A DNA stretch of 61,004 bases from Trichoplax sp. H2 (GCA_003344405.1 NOWV01000293.1:1-61004), one strand, 5' to 3'. Numbered from the stretch's first letter, positions 12,746-24,426 are shown. Notes: generated by a model not told the origin, from the sequence alone. Made by a program: numbers and translations.

Positions 12746-15700
12746 CTATTTTCATGTAAAAGCAAAGGAAAAATTCATGAAAAAAATTGGCAATATTAGC
12801 ATCGTTTCAAGTCTTCAGCAATGTATCTATTCTAGAACGCAGGCCTAAGAATGATATTCAGCAATTTTCCTTCACAATAACTGTAAATTTATTCTCATGA
12901 TTGTAACATGCAATCTAATGTTAATATTAAATGTTATTATTGATTCTCAGTCACCATATTTTGCTGATTCAATTTCATAATAGTTATGAATACTTATTAA
13001 AGCTTGCCAGACGAGCTCTTTTAAAATTAAATTAAATCGAATAGTAATTTATCAATGACTGTTTACTATATTGAGTGATTTTGGTAGTTAATATACCATA
13101 TTGTAATTACAATCTTAAAATGTTCATTTTGCAATATCATAAGCTAGCAAAATTTTATAAGATCACATAATCAGCGACAAAATCGACAAAAATATTATAT
13201 CCATTTAAAGCAGGATCTGTTGTAATATTTGCTCTCATTCGTACTTATATCAGTCTATAAATTAATTGCATTATGCATTTTTGAAATGACTGCTAGATAT
13301 CAATTCAGTGGAGGCTCACCTTTATCTTCCGCATATATCTTTTTCTCTAAAGAAATGAGGTGAAAATAGGAATAATCAATTAGTAGCCCTATCATAATAT
13401 TTTTAAAACAGATGATAGAGTCGTAGGCATGCAAGTGAAATGTATGACATGTTTCTCTAAAGAATTTACGATGATAGTTTCCTCCCTTTATCTTTTTAGG
13501 TGCTTTTACAAGCAGGGAATGCTATCTATGTTAATTTCTATACGCTGCATAAAACGATGAAACTAATTGGCTATTAAACAGTTCAATATTAATGACTTAT
13601 CATGGACTAACGTTAAAAACAAAATACTATAGGGAAGAGCGATAAATAAAATCCAGCCGTTTCTATTTACTACACAAATGAAATGCAGTAGATGAAGTAC
13701 TCATTTGAAATATTGCAATCCATAATACATTTTCAGTAATAAGAAATATATTAAAATCAGAAAATATTATTGCAATTAAATAGTAAAATAGCTATGATAC
13801 AGTACATTTATGTCTCTTTGCTTGCTCTATCGTATGAATTTAGTTTATGATATCATAAAAAGTGATAATATAAGAATGAAGCTGCTGTTTATTCTCACAT
13901 GCTTACCTATCCAGAATTTTTCATTATAAATCATCCAATCGTTTAAAGATTGACTGGCAAATTCCATCTTACAATGCTTACATCGAATCCAATTTTGATC
14001 TCCTTCCTTGTATTCTTCAGTTATACTTGTTTGTGTATTACATTCACTACATTTGACGAAATATCGACAATCGGCCCCTTTAAACTTAACCATCCTATCA
14101 TTGACAGTGGAGATGAGTTTATTCTTGACAATTTCGTGAGGCCGTTTGACAAATATAGAATTTTTAACTTTATCGATAATCGATTGACTCCTCTTGAGCT
14201 CATTTATTTTCTGATAGCAATATTGTAAACCGATATGAGATTCCTCTTTCCTGACTACAAGATAGTGATTGTCATTTGCTAAATAATATTTGGCACATTG
14301 ATAGTATAATTCTACGTCCGTATTATTCCATTCCTTTAAACAGGAAGATAACAAGCAATAATAAATTCCATCTGGAAGATATGGAATATCTGTATGCTCG
14401 TATCCGATGTAGAGCCAATCTGATTGATGATATTTTGATAAATCGAATGGCTTAACATCATATCGTAACAAGTATGGAACAAAGTATTGACATTCTTCGC
14501 CGTTGTCGTTCTTCTCATTTGTAATTGAACATAGAATATCATAAGCATGCATGAGTGCCAATATAGTTTGCTTACTATTGTCATCTAAATTAAATTTATA
14601 AATAGCATGATCAATGTATGATCTTGATAATTTTCCTGTTTGGCTTGCTATATCATAGTCACGTTTTATTTGTGCACTTCCTTGTACAAAATCTTGTAAT
14701 TGAATAATGGAACGAAATATACTTAACAACCAATCGACATTAGTTATAATAATTCCGTCGTCGCCTACTTTATCACAGTAGATGACTTCTCCTAAATCGT
14801 GTAGATACATTAGCATAGCGATTAATTCATCACGGTTTTCATATAATCCGTATTGTTGAGACAAGGTTACTATTTGTTGCATTGTCATAATATTATGCAC
14901 TTGAGAATGTCTAATTTGATTCATAATAGAAGATGCGGGTTGATTGTTAGTAGGGAGCGATTTATTTAATATTGTAGCCATGATATACCATCGAATAGGT
15001 ATAGGATTCGTAATAAATGGCAGTGATTGTACAAATGCCTTAATGATACCATGTAAACGAAGACAACATTGTTGACGCAGCTTCTGTGTCGATGGAGTAC
15101 TATCAAGAGGATTGCAATCAAAAATAATACCAGAAGAATAGATATGACTGGCATAAGAAGGCATGCGAGACGTCAATGTAGACACAAATTGATTGAATCG
15201 AGTTCGTCCATCTTTTTCATTGGTAATACAATCGCCATGAGAAGCTACTAAAATAATAATAGGTAATGAATGCTGTGAAGGTGGTAAATGCTGTTCATCT
15301 CCACTTTTAATGTTAACATTGATGGTACTTTGGCTTGTATGGCCAGCTATGATTGATGTAAGCCATTCTTGCATAGCTTGTAAATACGTCGTTTTGAGTG
15401 ATTGGTTCTTCCTTGTTCTTACCTTGTCGTTAATGTCTTGATTAATATTAAATACTAAAATATAAATACAATTAACGGAGATAAAGGGATAATGAGTAAC
15501 ATGATAGACGGCATGACCTGCGAAATCCCATATTTTAACATACTGATTTTTATCATCTTTGTCTGCATTTTGACTTTCCATGGACGAACAGTAATATTGA
15601 TGTAAGCCTCGTTTAGACTGTGATTCTATTGGAATCTCTTTCCCTACTAGCGCTACATCTTGCGTAATGACATCAGTTGCAGAAGAATCGACACTGTGTT

Positions 15701-17678
15701 GTTGCCAATTTGACACAGGTGGATTATTGGCTATAACGGGTTGATCTATTGGATCTATGTCGGTTACTTGCTGACTGATGTTATCTTGACGATCGATACT
15801 TGGCTGAGCTAACTGTTGTATGACTGTCTTGACTTTATCGTCCAGTATTTCAGTCCAATCACAACACTCTGAGTTATGAATATTATAATATTCAGTGTCT
15901 ACCATAATATCCAAACTCTCAGCCACTTGTGTCGGAGATGGATTGTTGAGTCGTTGCTGAGTAAATATTTTTCGAAGAGAAGTTTTGCCCACATTGCGAG
16001 GGCCAATAAACATGCCTCGTATTAAATGATTAAAGCAATGACCATGTTTTAAGCCTTTGCTATATGCATTGTAATATTTCTTTTCTTGTAAAGCTGTAGA
16101 ACAACAAAATGCAGAATATGGTTACGGTTATCCATCGCTCTCTCGTCTACTACTGTATTAAAACTCCACTTACCTTTCTGTTGTATGTGTTGATTGTTCT
16201 GACTGCCGTCGATAGTATTTGCTGGCGCTGTAACATTGCTGGTTTGATTAGGTTGAAACAGTTCAACGATACTTCTGATGAAATTTCTCGCTATTGATGT
16301 CGACAGATCACGGATCACTGATTTCTGCTTTTGGAGAGTGATTTCGATATTCTTTCTTATCCTTGTAACTAGGCGATCATTCCCGTTTAAGGCTGCGATA
16401 TACAGTGACTTCTTATACATATCCACAGCCTGATCGTACTTGCCTTGGCAATGATAAACAACTGCTATATTTTTATATGAGTTGGCGACATCGGGATGAT
16501 TGTGACCAAGGACTGACAATCGAATTTGCAATGACTTGTCATGCAAATCCACAGCCTGATCGTACTTGCCTTGGCTTCTATAGACAACTCCTATTTTATC
16601 ATATGTCTTCGCAACATAGGGATGATTGTGACCAAGGACTGATAATCGAATTTGCAGCGTCTTGTCATACATATTAAGAGCCTGATCGTTCTTGCCTTGG
16701 TTTCTATAAACAACTCCTATGTTTTTATATGAGTTGGCAACATAGGGATGATTGTGACCAAGGACTGACAATCCAATTTGCAGTGACTTGTGATACATAT
16801 CCAGAGCCTGATCGTACTTGCCTTGGCGATGATAGACAACTCCTATGTTGTTATATGACTTCGCAACATAAGGATGATTGTGACCTAAGACTGCCAATCC
16901 AATTTGCAGTGACTTGTCATATATATCCAGAGCCTGATCTGACTTGCCTTGGTGATCATAGACAACTCCTATGTTGTTATATAAACTGGCAACATCAGGA
17001 TGATTGTGACCAAGGACTGACAATCTAATTTGCAGTGACTTGTCATACATATCCCAGAGCCTGATCGTACTTGCCTAGGCTTCTATAGACATCTCCTATG
17101 TTGTGATAGGAGTTGGCAACATCGGGATGATTATGACCAAGGACTGACAATCGAATTTGCAGCGACTTGTCCGATATAGTCCGACATAAGTCAAGCTTGC
17201 ACAAGTCGAAGTAGACGCGCCCAATTTGATAATAACTATCGGCAAGACGAGCATCCTTTTCGTCTAACCATTTTAACTTCATTTCCAACGATTTCTTACC
17301 GTCTTCCAGTGCTCCGTTGTAATCCCCTTGGCACCTCTTAATCTCGCTTTCTCTTTGTAAACATTGAGCCGTGCTCACTTCATCTTGCAGATTAGTAGCC
17401 ACAGTTTGTCCCTTTTCACTCCATTCAGCAGCTTTCATGAATTTATATTGTAAAGTGTAAATATCACAAAGACCAAGATAAATATCGCATGCAAGTCGAT
17501 CAATATCTGCACTAGGATTCGACAACGAAGCAATCTCATCGACAGCTTGCGTATAACAAGAAAGTCCGTCCACCAACTGGAAGGCGGTCTTGCATGAGTT
17601 GCCCTTTTCGTACAGTGATTGTATACGGGTATGGTGAGGAAGCACACTCGTGGAACAGACAGATTCATCATCAGCCAT
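12480..17678 (-). CDS. TPR-ROC-COR-Zn ribbon-Death domain Roco protein, copy 2 (+1 frameshift in the TPR array as assembled)
   Basis: Predicted exons 17678-16174, 16093-13907, 13346-13320 and 12745-12480, all joined by phase-1 GT-AG introns. Motifs GPRNVGKTS, IWDFAGH, VASHGD, YLHDLGEV, YFVPYLL and CSEC...CKHC are present, and the last exon is a death-domain-like helical bundle. An extra C at 17053-17055 breaks the frame. Confidence 0.88.
13320..13346 (-). CDS. 27-nt phase-1/phase-1 micro-exon (EKKIYAEDK) between COR and Death domain
   Basis: CATTTCTTTAG|AG AAA AAG ATA TAT GCG GAA GAT AAA G|GTGAGC on the minus strand; frame-preserving. Confidence 0.55.
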
Positions 17679-18432
17679 CTTTTCCTTCTCTCAATTCAAT
17701 AGTATGTTAGTTAAAGATTTGAGCGACAGGTTAGAGATAAATAAGATTCAAATCAAGCTTCGTCGCAACCATTAATTACTAATCATCGGATCGATATTAT
17801 CTCTATGCATTAATGAGGGTATGTCGGAATGATTGTACTTGCGTGCCAGTCGTAGTTCAACAGAACAACATTAATTATTCCATTATACACAATTTTCAAG
17901 CATCAATAAATCAACTTCTACAATGTCGCTATCAATTCCGCATGGAAGATTATCCGAAAATCAGTCAATCAATCTCTGTAGGTGATTACTGAAGACAATA
18001 CTATCGGATAATCGTGTGCTGACATCAACCAATGCCAAACTAAATCCAAAGAATAGACTAATTTACGTGTACATTAACAAAATGCACTCCAGCTTACAAA
18101 TACATTAAACTCATAATCATAATAACCATCAAACAACAATCGTTTTATTCTAATAGACAACAGCAAATGTATGCTAGCCACATCAATGATAGCACAAAAT
18201 AAGAAAGAATGCTTGCAATATAGTTTCGTGGGCGTCGTTTACCTATCTTTAATTTCTATTTTTACTTGAAATACAATGTATAATGATGGATAACCAAACG
18301 GAATAGGTCACTTACCAATGGATGTTTTAATAATCGGCTAATAACAACTTGATGATTTTACTGTGACGTAGATTTAATTCTATCAATCCGACTGTGCGCT
18401 GCTTATTGCAAACAGGAGCAAGTGGATAAAAA
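14564..18432. repeat. Recent segmental duplicate of 1-~3935 (Roco gene body plus 5' region)
   Basis: Position 1 aligns to 14564, and near-identity continues through the intron and upstream region to ggataaaaag at ~3925/~18424. Confidence 0.93.
16395..17151 (-). repeat. Six tandem 126-nt TPR units of copy 2
   Basis: Six LGHNHP[D/Y]VA units across ORFs 17043-17678 and 16049-17050; boundaries approximate. Confidence 0.9.
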
Positions 18433-18889
18433 GCGAAGGATACTGGGACTACTAGTAACACCTGATGGTTATCTATAGTACCTTTCCTTAATAAGGAGTA
18501 CTTTGCAAGTAGTACAATAAAGTACGAAACAGCCAACGAGTTAGTCGTCTGTTTTATTGATTTAGGCATCAAATAAAAATAATAGTATGCATGAATTTAA
18601 GTTGTACCATATTGTACCATAGTATTACTGCTGCAGAAGACGATCGACGGAAAAAAATGGTTACTATAGTAACTATAGCAATAATTTAGGGTTTGTATCG
18701 TATACTGATAGAAGTAGCTTTAAAGAGGCATTTCAGAAGGTTATGGACACTCGCTTACAGTTAAACATGACGTCGCCCAAATTATACATACGTATACCTA
18801 TATAAAGGAAATTAGACAACTGTGTAGATTATAGCACACGCAGTACTATTTTAGTAGGTCTTCTGCACTAGATTGCTGCATGCTGTTAG

Positions 18890-20850
18890 CTATCCTTGTG
18901 ATAAATATCGACAATATGGAAAGAAATCTCTACCAGATCAAGTAGATATACAAAAATGATTGCAGTCTATTTTAATATCCATAATTGATATTATCCGATC
19001 AATTTAATCTACTGTTCCTCAAAGAACTGTTTCATGAATTAAGTAAAGATTTTGCAATTAGAAAATATTTTAGTTTTGCAAGTAAGGTCCGTAGTCCATT
19101 CATGAATTGAAGTCTGTCTGTTTTGAGCTCATCTCTACAGTTCTTAAATATATTTCGTTAAATCCATTTATGATAATATAATTAACTACAATCAGGCTTG
19201 AGTTATTAAACAGAAGACTTCCCTTAAATAGAACATCATTATTTTCTGCAATCAAATCATTCTACATAAGATATCACTACTCTTCTAATAATGTCCAGCA
19301 CGTTTCGGTTTTGGAAATCTTTACAATTATAATATATCATATAAAATAATTCTTGTACCATAATTAGTCAATTGCCTAAGATTAGTCATCAACAATTTCT
19401 AATATAGTAGTATGTGATCCTCTACTTTAATGCTAGCATTACGATAATATCTATTCATAGCAACCTGACTATATCAAATATAGCTATCATTATAATCAAA
19501 TATAAGATGCATCACTACGCATGGATATTGACTAAAATAGCTAATTATATCGTTTGTATTTTGCTTTAAAGAAGGCCGAATGAGACAAGTTTTGTAGTTA
19601 TAGTAAGTTATAATAAGAGTTAGTCTTGTATTTTTTATACTGATTGGTGATATTAATTCATTACTCAAAATATAGTTGGCTATTCTGTTCTTATAAAGTA
19701 AAATGGAACGTTAGTATAATAAAAATAGTTCAAGTAAATTGTAATAATTTTTGTGGAATCTTATTCAATTGTGGATAACTGATAGTTAAAGATAACTATG
19801 ACATAAACATAACATCAATGCATCATAACGCGATATCGGCTCTCGGTTAACCAATGCTATACATCCTTTCGTTTCCTTAACATCGGGATGGTTGTTACCC
19901 AAGACAAATCAGACAATCAGTCTTGGGTAACAACCATCCCGATGCTAGGGAAACGAAAGGATGTATAATTTGATTATTGGTTATTGAGTGCCTGATCAAG
20001 CGTAGAAGAGCCTCTTCGTACTTATTTTGAAAAAATAGGCCCTTCCAATATAGTTGTACAATTTAGCAACATTAGGATAATTGTGATCAAGGATTGGTTT
20101 TCGAATTTCCAGTGACATTTGAAACATAGAATGAACCTCTTTACTCTTGTTTTGGTTACGCACATAGACAACTCCTACGTCGCAAAATGAATCAGTAACA
20201 TTAGGATGATTGAGATCAAAGACTGATGTTTGAATTTTCGGTAATTTTTCAAACATAGATGGGACCGAATTAGATAGACCCAAATCAAACTGGTCTTGAA
20301 TCGAAAGAACCAGTCCTTTCATGCGACATGAGCTCGCAAAATGGGGATAATTTTGATCAAGAATTGACGATCCAATTTTTCTGCGATTTGTCCGTTTCTG
20401 CATGAGCCAATTTATATTGGCCTTAAGAAATGTAAATGCGCCCAATTTGATAAAGTGAATCAGCAACAGGTAAATCATTTTCACCTAAGCATTTTAATTT
20501 CATTTTAAGCGATTTCTGACAGTCTTTCAGTGCTCCATTCCAATCCCCTCGTAAACTTTTAATCTCGCCTTTTCTATCTGAACTTTGAGCTATTCTGATT
20601 TCATTTTGCACGTTATCTGCAAGTTGTTCCTTCTCCAAGAATTCATCAGCTTTCATTCACTCATACTTTAACGTATAAATGTCACAATTATCATGGTAAA
20701 TATCACATCGAAGTTGATCAAGCTTAACACAGGGATTGGATATCAAATCAATTTCATTTATAGCTTGTGTATAACTAGCTAGAAAGGCTTTCTGCCAAAT
20801 CGTAAGCATTCTTGCAATTCAGAACCCTGTTGATAGAGAAATTATATATG
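18890..20850 (-). pseudogene. Degenerate, internally deleted TPR-Roco paralogue
   Basis: Frameshifted and stop-containing segments RGDWNGALKDCQKSLKMKLKCLGENDLPVADSLYQIGRIY, LNHPNVTDSFCDVGVVY and LDHNYPNVAKLYNYIGRAY (19996-20850). A COR-like remnant YLLDLVEI (cf. YLHDLGEV) lies near 18925-18950. Confidence 0.8.
19858..19967. repeat. 48-bp inverted repeat (46/48 match, 14-nt spacer) derived from TPR-repeat sequence
   Basis: Arms 19858-19905 and 19920-19967; the right arm reads (S)VLGNNHPDA on the plus strand, i.e. a flipped TPR linker. Confidence 0.92.
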
Positions 20851-21775
20851 TATAGTAGTATATGTGTTATGAACTCTTTAAAAACGCCCTTTCAATTTCT
20901 TAATGTGCGCTACTGTCGTAATGGTGGATCACGTACTGTAGACTTGTATTTATTTACTTTACCCCTTTATTATGTTAACGCTTTTGCAATTTGAAAGTGT
21001 GCAATGTATTGTGCGCTAGAGAGAGATAGAACAGTTCTACCGATCCGCTGGCAAAAAAATAGCAAATTAAGTTCATTTTTAAGGATAGAAGTACGAGAGA
21101 CAATGTCGAACTAGATGATCAAGTTAGTAGTATATATGAATAAATAAAAAATGGACCATCAACGCAGTGTTCCTAATCTTTATGCTTTCAAAGTGCTGAG
21201 TTGAACTCATTCAATTTCAGTCTATAACACATGTAACACTTTGATCTTATATAAGTTATATAAATTCTAGAGTCGAGACCCTATAAGCCACCCTATCACA
21301 GACTTGATAGACTGAGGTTAAATATGAGTGCAGGAAGTAGAAAGTCTCATCACTCAATCGCTACAGTATTAATTTCGAACTAAAGTAGCTCAAAATCATG
21401 TCATCAACCGTAGAGGGGAAAAGACCTAGATTGTACCCTGTACTGTACAATATGGACGTCGGTATAGGCGAATTGTCAATAGTTCTACGACGTAATGGCT
21501 ATTTGAATAAGTTAACGTTTGAAAATAGGGAGACATGAGCAATTCTGTGAGGAAAAACAGTTGTTTGTTGCTATTCAATAGTCTGACTGTATGAGTACTG
21601 TACTGTACTTATACTTTTTACTTATACTTTTTAGTTTAGTTTACAGTATATCATCTACTTTAGCATAAAGCACCAGTTGGAATTCAGAGTAATATTGGAT
21701 TTTGATGCAATACATCATATTGTATAATATATAGTGTAGTGAGTGTACAGCATATTGAAATTAAAATTATTATAA

Positions 21776-22568
21776 CTAGCAACATCCCGTCGATATCACT
21801 GACGGCCTCGCTTCGTTTTATTGTACGTTTAATCCTAGTTCGTTAGGATTGTATGCTTGTATTGTAGTATCTATAGAAGTGTATGATTTGTATTGCATAT
21901 TGCCGGTACATCGACAATATCAAGAAAGATTGCAGAGGTTTCTCCTTTAATTCAATTTATGGCTAGAGGTCTTGATGGTCTGATCTAGTGCGGATCCTAG
22001 TCTGCAGAATAGGATTTAGAATTGAATTTAAACTCTACTGTATTAATCGATGATATTATAATAGTGATTCTCTAATCCATACTGCACTGTAGTATTGATC
22101 GATAATAATGATTAATTTAAGCCAACTATGTGTGCCTAACTTAATTTAAAGTAAGGATAGCGTTTCTTATACTTTCACTGAATTTAATCAACAAAAATCC
22201 TTTCAACAAGTTAAAGTAGGAAATGAATTCCTAACGTAAGCTAGTTCAAAGTATTGGGCAGCTGTCTTCCACTTTCACCTAATTTTACCAACAAGTCACA
22301 ACCATGTCTTGACACGAGACATGCGCAGTACGCCAATTTAGAACACACATGTACTCATGTAGTGTACTGTACTGGACGTCTGGACGAACGTACTGTAGTC
22401 TGTAGCAGCATTTGTCTTAATTTACAGTGTGCAGTACAGTACCGTACAGTACCGTACTGTAGGCATAGTACTGTATCAGAATCAGAAAGCCTAAAATACG
22501 GACAGTCGGACACATAGGAGACGCCCAACCCCTTTTTAACGTCGATAAGTAAAGTAGGAAAACGGAGA
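21776..22568 (-). mobile_element. Probable non-autonomous Helitron-like element
   Basis: Minus-strand 3' end: hairpin CCGTC-N9-GACGG (21787-21805) followed by CTAG|T at 21776. Candidate 5' A|TC at 22568, with internal gtacagtacc-type simple repeats. The 5' boundary is uncertain. Confidence 0.4.
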
Positions 22569-22681
22569 TCTTGAAGGCGTTGATGTTAAAGTGTAAACCT
22601 GATGATATCCATTTTGATACTAAATTAACACTAAATTAAATACATAACATTCCGGAATTGAAATAGTGCAGGGTAGAAATC

Positions 22682-24157
22682 ATGATTGCTTCACTTATCA
22701 TAATAGTGTTCATCACATACGCCATTGTATCGTTGTGGCCATGGTTGTATTCCAAGTATAGAATTTATTCAGCTCTTCGTAAAATGCAAGGCCCGAAACC
22801 TCACTGGATTACTGGTAATGTTAGTGATTTCGATGGCAGTTTCTCACAATCACTGTTGAAAATAGATAGGCAATACTCACGTAAGTATGCGTTATATTAT
22901 GGTATATGGCATCCAGTACTTGCCATCAATCATCCAGATACAATTAGAATGGCTCTCAAAAAGCCCTTTTCCAAAGATACTGACGCTATGAAGTATGTTC
23001 GAGATTGGACTGGTGATGGAATATTAACCTCTAATGGGGCATTATGGGCGAGAAATCGGCGTCTTTTAACACCAGCATTCCATTTCGATGTTCTTCGATC
23101 TTATGTTAGCATTTACAACGAATGCACAGATATTCTTATTGAGAAATGGAAAAATAATTGTGGAAAATGTATCGAAATTTTCGACGATATGAGTAGGCTA
23201 ACATTCGATGTCTTGCTTCGCTGTGCATTTTCAGCCAACTTGAATCTACAAACATCTGAGAAAAGACACCCCTTTCTTTTGGCAACAGATGAAAATTCAT
23301 ATATAGTCGAAGAACGTTTCGTCAACTTAATTTATTCGATCACTTCTACCTTTAAGCTCACTGCCAAAGGTCGTCAATATTTTAAGAATACAGAATTTAG
23401 TCGAAAATTTGCTAAAGAGATCTTAATGGACAGAAGGAAACAGATCCAGACGGGCCAAGCTGATACTAGCAATAAAAAGTATCTCGATTTCTTAGATATT
23501 ATGTTGCAAGCCAAAGATTCATCTGGTAATGGGTTGACAGACGATGAAATAGTAGCAGAGGCTATCACATTTTTATTTGCTGGTCATGATACTACAGCTT
23601 CTACCATTTCGTTTGCGCTATTTAGCCTGGCAAAGCATCCAGAATATCAACAGAAAATTCGAGAAGAGTATGAACAAGTGTTAAATGGCAAAGACGAACT
23701 GTCATGGGGTGATTTAGCAGGATTACAGTTCACTGCTATGTGCATTAAAGAGACATTAAGAATACATCCTCCGGTATGTATTTTGGGTCGCGGTTTATGC
23801 GAGGATACTGAGATTGATGGTCAGGTGTTTCCTAAAGGTCTTGAATTAGAACTACAATTATATTGCATTCATCATAATCCTGAGTTTTGGCCTGATCCAT
23901 GGACTTTCAATCCATTGCGATTTACGCAAGAAGAAATTAATAAGCGAGATCCCTATACTTTTTTCCCATTTGCACTTGGAAGTAGAAATTGTATTGGGCA
24001 AAATTTTGCAATGAATGAAGCCAAGGTTACATTAGCCAAATTAGTCCATCGGTTTGAATTTAGTGAAGCTGAAAATCGCCCTCTCGATCATTTAATCTCG
24101 TCCGTATTACGTAACGTTGGCGGCACTTGGGTCCAATTGAAGGATAGAAATCCGTAA
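22682..24157 (+). CDS. Cytochrome P450, CYP4 clan, intronless, 491 aa
   Basis: N-terminal membrane anchor, GPKPHW proline hinge, WARNRRLLTPAFHF, FAGHDTT (I-helix), KETLR, FNPLRF and FALGSRNCIG heme-binding motif. Confidence 0.96.
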   Translation: MIASLIIIVFITYAIVSLWPWLYSKYRIYSALRKMQGPKPHWITGNVSDFDGSFSQSLLKIDRQYSRKYALYYGIWHPVLAINHPDTIRMALKKPFSKDTDAMKYVRDWTGDGILTSNGALWARNRRLLTPAFHFDVLRSYVSIYNECTDILIEKWKNNCGKCIEIFDDMSRLTFDVLLRCAFSANLNLQTSEKRHPFLLATDENSYIVEERFVNLIYSITSTFKLTAKGRQYFKNTEFSRKFAKEILMDRRKQIQTGQADTSNKKYLDFLDIMLQAKDSSGNGLTDDEIVAEAITFLFAGHDTTASTISFALFSLAKHPEYQQKIREEYEQVLNGKDELSWGDLAGLQFTAMCIKETLRIHPPVCILGRGLCEDTEIDGQVFPKGLELELQLYCIHHNPEFWPDPWTFNPLRFTQEEINKRDPYTFFPFALGSRNCIGQNFAMNEAKVTLAKLVHRFEFSEAENRPLDHLISSVLRNVGGTWVQLKDRNP

Positions 24158-24406
24158 CTGAATACTATAGTGATTCCTGCTAGTGTTACTTTTATCATGC
24201 TCGCTGCAGTAACTAACTAGCAAAGCCTAGCAACGCTAGCAGAACAAGATTAGTTCTATACCGAATTACGATGCGAACTGTATTAGGCATAGCATAACAT
24301 GAACTTTGTCTACAATAATGTACATTTTAGATAGCAATACTAGAATCCATAGATTGCACTTGTTGTATTCTACTCATGAATTTGTAAAGACATGATACCA
24401 AGCCAA

Positions 24407-24426
24407 NNNNNNNNNNNNNNNNNNNN
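24407..24426. other. Assembly gap (20 N)
   Basis: Run of N. Confidence 1.

Noticed and set aside
13845..13906. Hydrophobic C-terminus (FILILSLFMIS) of the 722-aa ORF as a membrane anchor
   Set aside because: It lies after a strong donor (G|GTAAGC at 13907) and is most likely intron read-through.
1..21000. Diversity-generating retroelement as the source of TPR variability
   Set aside because: No reverse transcriptase or template repeat seen, and the changes are not adenine-restricted.
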